Position numbers and translations under genes: made by a program
In this document: positions 43,501 through 54,500 of the stretch, piece by piece
Position numbering within the stretch: position 1 is the first letter of the stretch
How the letters are laid out: every line of letters begins with the position of its first letter
Notes under the pieces: generated by a model
Told to the model about the DNA's origin: nothing
Database searches by the model: none
Seen by the model: the letters and a program-made list of their open reading frames with translations, nothing else
From: Orbicella franksi
Lineage: Eukaryota
Reading direction: 5' to 3'
Assembly (NCBI GenBank): GCA_964199315.1
Contig: OZ116702.1
Coordinates: 32,426,001-32,490,000 of the forward strand
DNA length: 64,000 nt

Positions 43501-46500
43501 AATGTTGCCCTGTCTTTACAGACAAGTCACATGATCAGTGTTCATGTATGTAACAAGGTCTTTTTCGTGGTCCTTGGGAAGCTGTACTTGTGCAAACAGT
43601 TGTCATTTCTTTAGTGATAATATTCTTTCACATGCGTGTATTTTTTTTTCTTATTATCTTAAATCTTAATGCCTAAGTTGTCCACCTGTTTTAACCCCTC
43701 CACATGATATCTTGGCTAACAACAATTCATTAACTTTAGAGCTTACCATATATTATCAATAAACAAGTCATTTTATTTTTGCTCTACATACATGTATATT
43801 AAAGAGATTCTTGAGGACTGGGTCCCAGATGATTGTTGTTTTTTTTTAAATGATGCTGCCAATAGATTACCATTTCTTTTTCATGTAATGCAATGTTGGC
43901 TTTTTGACATTATTCTCACCAGGAAGAGACAGATCTTCAAATGGAGTTAGAAAAACTGGATAGAGAAAGGAACCTCCATATACGAGAGTCAAAAAGAATA
44001 CACAATGAAGATAATTCAAAGTAAGTGCTCAACCCTTTCAGTTCCAACTTCAAAATGGGGATTCTCGTTACTGATATCCATACAGTTCTTTCTTATGTCA
44101 GTTCAGAGAATTTGGCAGTACATCAAGACAATATAACTTAGTTGATGATTTTCCATAGTCTCCTCATTTGTTTGCTCGATAATGTATTAGTATTGAAATG
44201 AGAAATTAGAGATTGATCACTACTGGGATTTTAGAAAGGGTTATCAAGTAATCACTCTTGATATACCTGTGTTCCTGTCTTGAGGTAATCTGCATTCCTG
44301 TGTCTATAGTTCTCTGTATGCACTGCAGACCTACAGGATTTGTCTGTTTAGCAAAATTCTGGAGCCTCTGCAGTCTTTCTTTTGGCTTATTATGTATTTC
44401 TCCGGAAGGATTGTGTGACAAGACAAAAGAATGTCTTGTAGGAGGTTACAAATTTCCTTTGAAACATCCGAGGGGTTTCATTAACGTTTTCAGCAGGAAG
44501 ACAACTGGTCAGCAGCCAAGCAAAACGCTTCTCTGAAAAACAATATTCCTTTAGCTAGGTGGTCAAACCAGGCAGGCAAAATCATCCTCACGGCCAGTCC
44601 ATTTGGTGCTCAGCCCTTATTGGAACCTGCCATCTGCAATGTTTCTAAAGTGCTTAGTATATTAACTTTGATTTCTGGCAACCAAAACTAAAGTACAAGT
44701 TGACAGTAATTACAAGTACTTTTCATTGCTGTCATAATTCCCTCATTGATCTATTCTAACACTTTATTTCTGCAGATTTAAGGATCATCCAACTCTAAAC
44801 AGTAGATACTTATTGCTAAATTTATTAGGTAAAGGAGGCTTCAGTGAAGTTTATAAGGTGAGATTGTTGAAAAAGTTATTTTTAAGAGTGCTTTAACTTA
44901 ATTTTCGGTACTTAATGTAAGATACTCTCTTGCCTGGTAAATGTGAGGTATAGATAGTTATTCTCTGAGGAAGTGTATTTCCTCAGCTTTGTCCTGACTT
45001 GAAGTAGCTTACTGTATACTTGTTGGATCAAATGAAATGGAGATATAAGGACTCTGTAGGTGACTTTCGCACAGGTTGTCGAAACGTCAGTCACCAACAA
45101 CAGTTCTTTTCAGAAGTATACCCTTACCCAGGCGATCATTTTATAGAACTACTGGATTTATTGTTTGACTGTGAAGATACTGGATTTATTGTTTGACTGT
45201 GAAGATACTGGATTTATTGTTTAACTGTGAAGATACTAGATCTATTGTTTGACTTTCATTGGTGTTTTTTTCAGGGATATGATCTCAAGGAACACAGATA
45301 TGTCGCCTGCAAAATACATCAATTATTTAATGACTGGAAAGAAGATAAGAAAACAAACTATATTAAGTAAGTCTGTCTGCTATGGAACTTGGCTGAATTG
45401 TGTTGTCTGATGTAGTCTTTGGGTTGGAAGTTAAGCCTGTTTTATTGTCTGTAGTGTATCATTATAGAGTTCGTATGGGTCATGGAAAACCTGGAAAGTC
45501 GGAATTTTTAATTTCATTTTCCAGGCCTGGAAAGTCTTGAAATGGAAGTGTGGGTCATGGAAAGTCATGGAAAGTCATGGAAAAGTAGTGTACTTTCTGA
45601 GAATAAAAAGGAAAAATGATCAGACGAGTCAGAAAACCGGTTTTAATTCCTGTAAAATTGAAACACTAGCACGCATTCTATGCATCATGATGTGGGAAAT
45701 AACCTTACATAACAGATTGTTTTGACAATACTTTGAGAACAACTACTTAGCATAGGTCGTGATAAACTCGTAAAGGTCATGGAAAGTCATGGAGTTTTAA
45801 AACCTCAAGAAACGTACTAACCTTGATCGATAAATATTGTTAACAAAACTGTAAATTTAACTCCTTAGTTTATGATTTCTTTTTTCCCTTATTATATATT
45901 TACTCATCAAAGTCTAATCCTGACTTGTTTCATAATGACTCATGAGGTGTTTCACTGAACCTGACACACGCTTCTTTTATCACATTTGCAGACACGCGTT
46001 ACGAGAGTACAATATTCATAAGTCACTAGATCATCCAGTAAGTTGATACAATTAATGTCTTGCTTCAAAGTTTGGTTGATTTTTAATTAGCATTATTCCA
46101 TTCTTGCCGTGTCGGACCATCAAACGTCAAGCCTTAGCTCTGCGTATGTTTGTTTTTCTTTTCTAGAGGATTGTTCGCCTTTATGATGTCTTTGAGATTG
46201 GTCAACACTCGTAAGTTATCGATGTAGTGATGTTGTAATAATTGTAATGTTTTAGTGTAATAATTGTAATAATTAGCATAAATTTACTTCAATTGACTTT
46301 TTTGCCAGGGAGTATTTAGTTTTCACAGTCGTTCTTGAGTTGTTTTGTCAATATCTTTAGGTTCTGTACTGTTCTTGAATACTGTGATGGCAATGACTTG
46401 GATTTCTTGTTGAAACAACATAAAACAGTGCCAGAAAGAGAAGTAAGTTTTACGCCTTGAGGATTGTCTGGATTTTGATGTTATCCAGTCAGCATAAACT

Positions 46501-49500
46501 GAAAAGTGGCTGAAAAACACTATTACACTCCACACTGTTCCACCGACAAGCTAACAACCCATCTGCCGAAGAGTGAAACTTGCCTTTATAAGAGTTCAGT
46601 CATGGTATTTCCAGTAATTTTGGCCACGTTCAAAATTGCCTTTAAATTAAAGGAAACCTGAAAATAGTAGCTTACTAAGATAGAAAAACACCAAAGAGAT
46701 AATAATAAACCATTAAGGAACAAGGATGGAGAAGATTAACACGGATTACAAACGACGAACTGTAGGCTAAAAGATGTGCAAACCGTGACGTAGTTCCTTA
46801 AAGAATGAGTACAATTTCTGCTAGGCTTTGAGCGGCAATTATTGGAATTAAATGCCACATATCTTAATTACTTACAGTATGTACACCCTCTCCTTTTTTC
46901 CTCTTGACAGGCGAAGTCTATCGTTATGCAGGTATATGTTCGTATTTTTGTTTCTCTCACTCCCTGCTGTTTGTTTGTCTTGTCTTTCGTAATCGCGAAA
47001 TTTAATCGTAGAGAGAAGGAAACAAACGCGCTTTTGTAGTTTTCATGCAGTATCTATTCGCACAGATTTTACATCTAAGTGCAAAACTGTGGAATTCCTT
47101 CCCAGAGGCCTTGAGAAGTTGTAACAAGATAAATGATTCAAGAGGAACATTCTTAGTTTTATCATTTTTTTAACAGTATGTACTTTCAATTGATATTTAT
47201 TGTAATTTTAAATTTTCATGATTATTGTATTTCAAATTTTAACAATTTTGGTATTTAAATAAAGGCTATATAAAGTTTTTGTCTGGCTGGCTGGCTGGCT
47301 GGCTGTCTGTCTGTCTGTCTGTCTGTCGGTCGGTCTGCACATTGTATACAAAATTTTTTTTTCTCATATAAACCTTGTTAAGCGGTGTAAGGAATAAGTA
47401 TGATCTTTCTGGAAGAAGCCGGAAATCACCTTTCTGCGTATGCTCGTATCAGCGACTGAAACGAAGAAGCTTTTTCTCATCAGCTTTCGTCTTACTGTTT
47501 GCAGACCGTGAGTGCCCTCAAGTATTTGAACGAAATAAAACCACCAGTCATTCACTACGATTTAAAGCCAGGTAAGTGATATTCTTTGTAGCGCCGGACT
47601 GCGGCAGCGCTTGTCAGATCAAAGGACCTGAGTTATTTCGGCCACGTACAAAATTAGCTTTAAATTGAAGGAAACCTGAAAATAGTAGTTATCTAAGATA
47701 GAAAAACACCAAAGAGATAATATTAAATCATAAAGGACCAAGGATGGTTAAGGATGGAGAAGATTAACACGGATTACAAACGACAAACTTGAAAAATTTA
47801 GGCTAAACTTTTCAAGATGTGCAAACCTTGACCTAGCTCCTTCCAATGTCACAATGCATAGCTTGGCGGCCATTGAGAATGACTTATTTTGTACCGATGA
47901 GTCCGTTGAGTGTAGGCACCGAGAGGCCAGATTATCGAAACTTTGTTAAAAGTGTTCATATGTCTTGCTGCACAGGTAACATTCTCCTAGTGGGCACAGG
48001 TGCACTCAGTGGGGAGGTGAAGGTCACAGATTTTGGTCTCAGTAAAGTCATGGATAGTAGTGACGACAGTATGGACCTTACTTCTCAAGGAGCCGGTACT
48101 TACTGGTACCTCCCCCCTGAGTGTTTTGTTGTCGGGAAGGAGCCGCCAAAAATATCTTCAAAGGTATTGGAATATCAGTTAGAAAATTTAAATAGAACGT
48201 TCTCACTCACGTAGCCAGCAGCCATGCAAATTAATTGGAACAAAAGAAAGTTTTAACATGAGAAAAGAGTTCAACTCCCACAGGATTGGTTTGGTACACG
48301 AACATGGCCGCCGTTTCATTGTTTTGGAAGACCAATATGGCTGCCGTGACGTCACGTAAAAACGCTCTGTAGTTCAGGTATTGAGTGTTTAAGCGTTTCC
48401 ATTGACTGCGTAGTTTTATTGTAGAAAATACGGAACGGAATTAAGCTCAACCATTTCCCTTTAATGATAGCCTCTCGTAGGCGTTCAAGTTACGATCTGG
48501 GTAAAAATGAGAATGTGATACCCGTTGGTGTTAAGGCGGGGGTTAACAAGAAGGCCATATTTTTGCTGGGTATTATGGTTTGAATGCAAATATCTCGTTC
48601 ACGTTTCAAGCAGTGGAAAATCTCTCTGCTCATTTCACATAGCTACGTTTTGGGCTGTTTTGTAAATTTTTTGGTAATTTTTGGGTAGATTTGGGGATAA
48701 ATAGTTTTTCTCAAAGGATTAGTAAAATTTATGGAAATAGGAAATTTTGAAAATTTGATGTTGTTTTAAAATTAGAATTTGAAGTTAGAAATTGGTAGAC
48801 GTACACCAAACAGTTCCCACCAACCCGGGGTGCCGTTTTGGGGTAATCAACTGTCTGGTGGTGTTCCAAACCCCTTTTTATCCTTTTAATCCCTCTTTAA
48901 ACTTCCTAAAATTTCACTTAAATTCATGTGTACCCCCGCCTTAAGTGTTCTATTTTGTTTTTAATTTTTCTGTGGGAAGAATCGATCTGTTTCACTTTTC
49001 ATTGCATTCAATACATTAGTCAGCAAGAAGGAAAAAAATCGTCTATAATGCCATGTATTGACAATTACTTGTGGACAGTGAAAAACTTGGCGATCAGTAA
49101 GATATGAATGGTTTTGTTTTCAGGTAGATGTGTGGTCGGTGGGTGTTATATTTTTTCAAATGCTCTATGGCAAAAAGGTAAGACGAGAGTGACGTGAAAT
49201 TTAGTACTGTACAACTGATTTTGTTTTGTTGATTTTAGTTGTTATAAAATTTCTTTTACATTTTTTGATAAAAATACAACGTTAACTGTGAAGTAGATGT
49301 ACAGGGAATCCCGATTGAACGAATTCAAATCATTTATTTGGAGCGCTATTCTACACATTTCAGTGTGAGTACCGGCCTGGTTATGCCGTTATCACGTGTT
49401 AAAGACTGCTATGGAGCAAAAGTCTGCAATTTTATTTCTTTCAGCCGTTTGGTCACAACCAGACTCAAGCAGCCATCTTGGAAAATAACACAATTCTAAA

Positions 49501-50053
49501 GGCGAGAGAGGTGGATTTCCCCGCTAAACCTGCCGTTAGTAACGAGGCAAAGGTTGGTACAGTAGCAAAGAAGATTTAGATATGAAACTAAGCAAACGTT
49601 TTGTTGTTGGCGAGATGTCGGGCTTTTCGTTCATGTACTTGGGAACGAGGAGAGCTCGGACGAGTCCAAAAGGAGCAAAGAGATTGCCTTGGTGACGATT
49701 ACTCGTTCCAATCGAAGATAGCATTCCATAGAACATGTTAGTTTATTATAACACCTCCCCAACCCCACCCCCCTCCCATCCCAAACCAGTTTTAATTTGA
49801 TTTGGGAAATATGAAAGTAATCTACCGACCGATTAGTCACAAGAGATCGCCGCCGTCACGCTGTACACGACACAGCTTGAGAAATACTAAGCGGTCTTTA
49901 TTCGTGTTCACCTTTCCGCAGAATTTCATACGTCGTTGCCTTGTCTACCGGAAGGAAGAGCGAGCAGATGTACTGACGTTGTGTGAAGATCCCTATCTTA
50001 AGCCACCAGTGAACAGAAAAAACACATCCACTGTTGTCAGCTCCCAGACGTGA
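35361..50053 (+). CDS. TLK: Tousled-like serine/threonine kinase (TLK1/2 orthologue), 730 aa
   Basis: 28 exons: 35361-35457, 35577-35689, 36784-36852, 37439-37514, 37699-37757, 38168-38227, 38642-38767, 39029-39055, 39173-39247, 39728-39766, 40274-40345, 40854-40930, 41779-41838, 42053-42141, 42481-42553, 42934-43000, 43923-44020, 44776-44857, 45275-45366, 45992-46037, 46167-46210, 46361-46442, 46911-46931, 47505-47571, 47976-48163, 49124-49177, 49445-49552, 49922-50053. Total 2193 nt, all GT-AG and in frame. Motifs [21 protein letters not shown], coiled coils, [36 protein letters not shown]. Exons 6-10 (low-complexity region) are less certain. Confidence 0.93.
36057..36246. mobile_element. 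Foldback MITE in TLK intron 2
   Basis: Long inverted arms AGATCACTTGGATCATGGTGCATCAAAAGG / CCTTTTGATGCACCATGATCCAAGTGATCT. Confidence 0.75.
37811..38095 (+). mobile_element. Degenerate tRNA-derived SINE in TLK intron 5
   Basis: Head GGCAAGGATGACGTAGTGGTAATAGAGCGCTGACCTCCCAC, body ...GAAAACCAATATTCCAAAT...GGAATGTGCCACTGCCAAATTCC, and an (ATTT)-rich tail. This matches the recalled layout of cnidarian SINEs. Confidence 0.6.
39788..39985. mobile_element. MITE, TTCCAGAAAATAT(C/T)CATAC family, copy 1
   Basis: TIR GTTCCAGAAAATATTCATA ... TATGGATATTTTCTGGAGCCACACA. Sibling at 42198-42389. Confidence 0.7.
40543..40582. repeat. (ACAG)n microsatellite
   Basis: Directly visible. Confidence 0.85.
40598..40715 (-). 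mobile_element. Truncated Penelope-associated short repeat, same family as 45050-45150
   Basis: The reverse complement CAGGTTGTTGAAATGTTGGTCACCAAGAACAGTCCTTTTTAGAACTACCCTCACCC aligns with CAGGTTGTCGAAACGTCAGTCACCAACAACAGTTCTTTTCAGAAG at 45072-45116. Confidence 0.65.
41111..41402. mobile_element. MITE with CAGGGTT/AACCCTG TIRs, internal GTCCTGGAAA repeats and a 6-bp TSD
   Basis: TGTACC at 41105-41110 and 41403-41408. Confidence 0.8.
42198..42389. mobile_element. MITE, TTCCAGAAAATATCCATA family, copy 2
   Basis: TGTGCAGTTCCAGAAAATATCCATA ... TATGGATATTTTCTGGAACTAAACA. Confidence 0.75.
43140..43362 (+). mobile_element. MITE with CAGGGC/GCCCTG ends
   Basis: Short TIRs. Sibling at 3091-3279. No clear TSD. 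Confidence 0.65.
45050..45150 (+). mobile_element. Penelope-associated short repeat with a degenerate minimal hammerhead fold
   Basis: GACT-CTGTAGG-T-GAC...GTC-GAAAC-GTC-AGTC at 45050-45092, followed by ACCAACAACAGTTCTTTTCAGAA. Confidence 0.65.
45150..45255. repeat. 28-bp minisatellite (about 3.7 copies)
   Basis: Unit TACTGGATTTATTGTTTGACTGTGAAGA. Confidence 0.9.
45465..45825. mobile_element. Older relative of the 41111 MITE with GGAAAGTCATGG repeats
   Basis: Starts TAGAGTTCGTATGGGTCATGGAAAACCTGGAAAGTC and ends GTACTAACCTTG. Confidence 0.6.
46525..46803 (+). repeat. Dispersed ~300-bp repeat, copy 1 of 3
   Basis: Shares GGAAACCTGAAAATAGTAG, AAGATAGAAAAACACCAAAGAGATAA and GGATGGAGAAGATTAACACGGATTACAAACGAC with 47632-47845 and, inverted, with 51232-51530. 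Confidence 0.85.
47281..47336. repeat. (GGCT)n(GTCT)n compound microsatellite
   Basis: Directly visible. Confidence 0.85.
47632..47845 (+). repeat. Dispersed ~300-bp repeat, copy 2 of 3 (partial)
   Basis: Same shared blocks as 46525-46803. Confidence 0.85.
48193..48369. mobile_element. MITE with TAGAACGTT/AACGCTCT ends
   Basis: Contains AACATGGCCGCCG and ATGGCTGCCGTGACGTCA motifs recalled from abundant anthozoan MITEs. Confidence 0.55.
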
Positions 50054-51231
50054 CGCAACGCAATGTTAGCCTCGATGTAACGCAATGGACGTAACGTTAA
50101 GTCGAGCGTGACGTAACGCAAACAGCGATCAGGCCATGTCAGGATTACTTCAATCCTTCGAGGAGTTGGGAATTCAAAGAAGTAAAATCAGGCTACACAA
50201 ACCTGGTTATACAAAATTGACGAATAGTTGCAGCATAAAGCATGGATGTGAACAGGAAAATGTCCCCATGAAGGGCCACTCGTGAAACTACAAAGCGCAG
50301 AAAGTCGTGATAGTACAGATTGGTCAATTCTGTTAATATTTTTTAGAGCTAACCTTGCAAAATGGATGCCAAGGTTTTCGAGGTTTTTGTTTATCTCGAC
50401 CATAGCGTTTATTGTTCTCTTGTAATGCCAGCCATGTTCAGTTTAGGTAAAAGAGTTACATGCTCAGATTAGCAAGTCTGAGTGTCGAATTACTGTCTGG
50501 AATTTTGATTGGTTAACAGTGACAGGGCTTGCTTTAGTACCTTGCTTCTGATTGGTCCGTTTTCTCAGAGTTGATTGAAATTGGATTTGGAAGTAAACTT
50601 GAAACACATCCCTTAGGAATTATCTTAATTTCAGGCGAACTAGTTAAGGACTAGTCCATTAGTCATACATGTATCTGTTATGTTCTTTAGATCGCTAAGA
50701 ACCAACCTCTTTCTCAGGAACTTTTCCCTAAGAACATTGTTTCTGTCTTCTCCAACGACCTCCGTCCTATTTTCCGCTGTTGAGTTGAACGTTCCCGTTG
50801 AAGTCGTTTAGTAGTAACTATAGTTAAAATTGAAGGTCATTAGTAATAGGGGATTTGTAACATATCCAGGTGGGAGGGAAGGGTTTACTCTTGCCTTCAA
50901 CAGGAAGGAAAGTTCTGTGTTGGTCCCAGTCTCTTCTCGGGCGTTATCTTACTCCTCCCACACATGACGAAAATAATAGCTTGCGACCAAGCTTCCGGCG
51001 AGGGCGAGAAAAAAATTCAGCTAGCGTAGCGAGCCGACGAGCGCAAAAAAGAATTAGGCGACGGTGTGGGAACAATGGGTTCTGTCCTCGTGTACCGGTT
51101 CACAAGAACCGATACAAAAGACCCAACAATGTTCAACAGCTAAACAAAGGTTCGTAAAGAAAGGAGTACAGTGGTTATTCCCTCTGTGTACCGGTACACC
51201 AGGACACAACTGAACAATGGCTGCGCCAATC

Positions 51232-51530
51232 TTAAAGGAGCTACCGTTTGCGCGTCTTGAAAAGTTTAGCCTATATTCTTCAAGTTCGTCGTTAGTAATC
51301 CGTGGTAATCTTCTCCATCCTTAACCATCCTTGTTCCTTTATGGTTTATTATCGTCTCCTTGGTTCCTATCTTAGTTAACTACTATTTTCAGGTTTCTTG
51401 AATTTGAAGGTAAATTTAAACGTGGCCAAAATTACTGAAACTACATTGACCGAGCTCTTATAAAGACAAGTTTCACTCGTCAACAAACGGGTCTTTAGCT
51501 TGTCGGTAGAACAGTGTGGAGTGTAGTAGA
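51232..51530 (-). repeat. Dispersed ~300-bp repeat, copy 3 of 3 (inverted, downstream of TLK)
   Basis: Reverse complement matches the two intronic copies. Terminus TTAAAGGAGCT. Confidence 0.85.
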
Positions 51531-54500
51531 CTGATTGGCATGGCTACCTCGCCGACGTACGGGTCGACATGTTTCGTTATTGTTTTCCCCTCGACAGATC
51601 AAAGCCATACAGTTGTCATGTGGTTGAAACGTCTCCGTAAAGCATTTTAAGCAGTACGTTTATCAAAAGAAATAACAAATTATATGTAAATAAGTAACTT
51701 TCTTCACTGTTATTGTAAAAATGACTGGTTGTATCTTAAATTATGAAATGTTTTCAAATGATTTTCTGGGCTTCGATTGTATTCTATTTCATTATAGTTT
51801 TCCACCAATGAGCGCGAAATATTCATATATCTTATCAACCAAGGGCGACCGAGACAATGTCGTCCCGAGGACGAACCCAGCGACGCTCGTACAGACAATC
51901 ATGATTGAGCAATTTGAGTAGTTGATTTAGTCACTATTCCTCTCTACGTGTTTCGCAGCCAACCGAATTCGCAGCTACCGAGTCAGCACCTATCTAAACT
52001 CACTATAAACTATCTACTTCGATCGAGTTCCCCCCACCTTTTTCGATCAAGTTTAGTCGATGTCGGTGCGAACTCAGTGGGTGCGAAATCGCTCTTGGGG
52101 GCGAAACCTTCAGCTACTATGAAATGCGTAAAGCAATATCATGCAAAGTTGTTCATTATCATTTATGAATGGCTGGTGGCCAATTGAGTCTTTGTTAAGT
52201 TATGAGTGGCCAATTTAGTCGTCGTTAAGGCTGATTTCACTGGGGCACAAGCATAAGTAACATACAGGCGCAGTAAGGTGCTGTTAATTTTCCATGGTAA
52301 CCGCTGGCTAAAATTTCAACAAACAAGCTCTCAACCAGTTGTGGAAGAGAAAACTGCTCCGTCACGTGCACCTGCAGGTGTGACGCACAGCAAGTTATAT
52401 GGCGTGTTCCTGTTTATGACAACGTGTAGCGAGGCAACCCTCTGTTTAGCCAATCCGCATCCAGAAAAACCCAACAATCGTATCGCTGTTGTTCAGTGAG
52501 GTTTTCAATGTTACAAAGACCAGTCAAGCGTGTTATTTATTGACAAGTTGATAATTTTGGGCCGGGAAGAACACACAAATAGGTCACATGACAGACACCA
52601 GATAGGTCCATATGATAGTTCAATTCCTGGTTACATATGTTTTAATTGACTGAGATACATATACTCTGTAATCTAAGAATGTACATGGAAGATTTTACAC
52701 GGAGATATGAACTTTACTTTCGAGTGATAAAAGAAACATCTTTACAAACGAGCGCAGCGAGTGAGTAAAATATTGCTTTTTAAACGATAAAATAAAATTC
52801 ATACCTTCAAGCCACTGTGTAATTTTCTTTTTTATTATATAGATAAACTGACTTTGCACAAGCAATTGTGAAAAGCGGAAAATGACGTCATTGATATCTT
52901 TACCAGTGAGGATATGAAAAATACTTCACTCGGAACCCGGATGTAGGTTCGTACGACGTGTAAGTGTTATATTTCTATTAAAATACTCGTGTTTATTTAA
53001 AAAAATAAAAATATTTTCCGCCCAAAGTCGGTAAGGCCTAACCACCAACTGTAACTGGATAGGCCATTCAGGTTTCTGAGAAAATAGAAAATAGAAAACT
53101 GTTAAGATGACAGTAAAATTTGCGATGAGGCGTTTTGATAAATTTTTATCTTCGGTATCTACGGTGCAGCAATGTAGATGTTCATGGTAGAATGTTGTGA
53201 ACTGGGATAATGATGGCATGGTCAGGTTTTTTATTGCAAAGAGAATCAATGCACAGCAAAATACCTTAAAGTCGAGGTGTTTTTTTATCAAAATATTTCG
53301 CGGGGGAAGAAAACGACATCTCAAACAAATAGATTTGTTGTAGTTCGCTTGGTTTATCAGCTTGCCAGTCTTTCTTGAAAGTTTTGCGCCAGTTTGGTTC
53401 AGAAATTGCTAGCCTTAACGTCTAAAATGCTACCTTGAAAAAATGATTGTAGGTTATGAGTAATAAGAAACATTCTGAAGAACTCCCCTCTTCCTAGGTT
53501 GAGTCTCCAGGAGAGGATCGCAGGCGCACTGAAACACCCACGGCTGGAAATTGAGCCTACTCCCTCCCCTTCCTCCATAAACAAAGTCGAGATTAAATCT
53601 TGCAGGAGCCCAAGCTAAGCTGTAGGGTCCACACACCTAGCATATATTAGTTGACGTCAGGAGTTATTCTGCGAACTGGGTAGGCTGCATTTGGAATTAT
53701 CTTCAATCCACTGACGATTCCGTGTCCGACACGCTTTCAAAAGCGCACAACTTTCACGATCGAGAAACACTCATCTTTGTAAAAAATTCTCCTTCTAAAT
53801 TTAACTTTTACAGTTCACTAGGCTATATTTGAATCGTGCATATGATCATTCTACGGGACTAATGAAGATAAAAGGGACTAACAATATATATTTACTGAAA
53901 GTTTCGTCGTTACGTAGGCAACAGAAACCCATTTCCGCAAACTCTTGCCCTTCATAGCTCTTCATAGCATTTCTCACAACAGCTGTCGAAAGCACAAGTG
54001 CTAGCTTGCAATTCTAGGTCTAGGACGGGCGGTTTAGCAGGACAGTTCATGTTCTAAAGGCTACCTAAGTGCCGGCTATAACTTGTTTCTTTCACTTGAA
54101 TGCTAACAGTGACGGACTGTGGAGGAAATTCTCACGCAATCTAACCTGAAGACATTAATGTTATAATTATCAAGTTCGATACAAATAAACCCGGATCTTG
54201 TTTACTTTTCTTGATATCAGTCACGGTTGTTCCCGAGGCTCTTAGATTACGAAAGGCGAAAGACAACGATCGAGAAAATGGAAGAAAGCTAGGGGCGGAC
54301 GAGGAGAACCGTAAGAAGCGTGTTCCACAGCTCGCATTTTTTTCATCCTCTCGACTGCAACCGTTTTCGCGGTTTCCCCCACAAAATGCAATGCAATATC
54401 TTAATATCTTGATATCAATTCTTAATATTGAATTTATTGTTCAGTAAAACGCTCATAGTCACGTATTTCTTAATAGGTATCTACTTGATAATCTCGTAAC

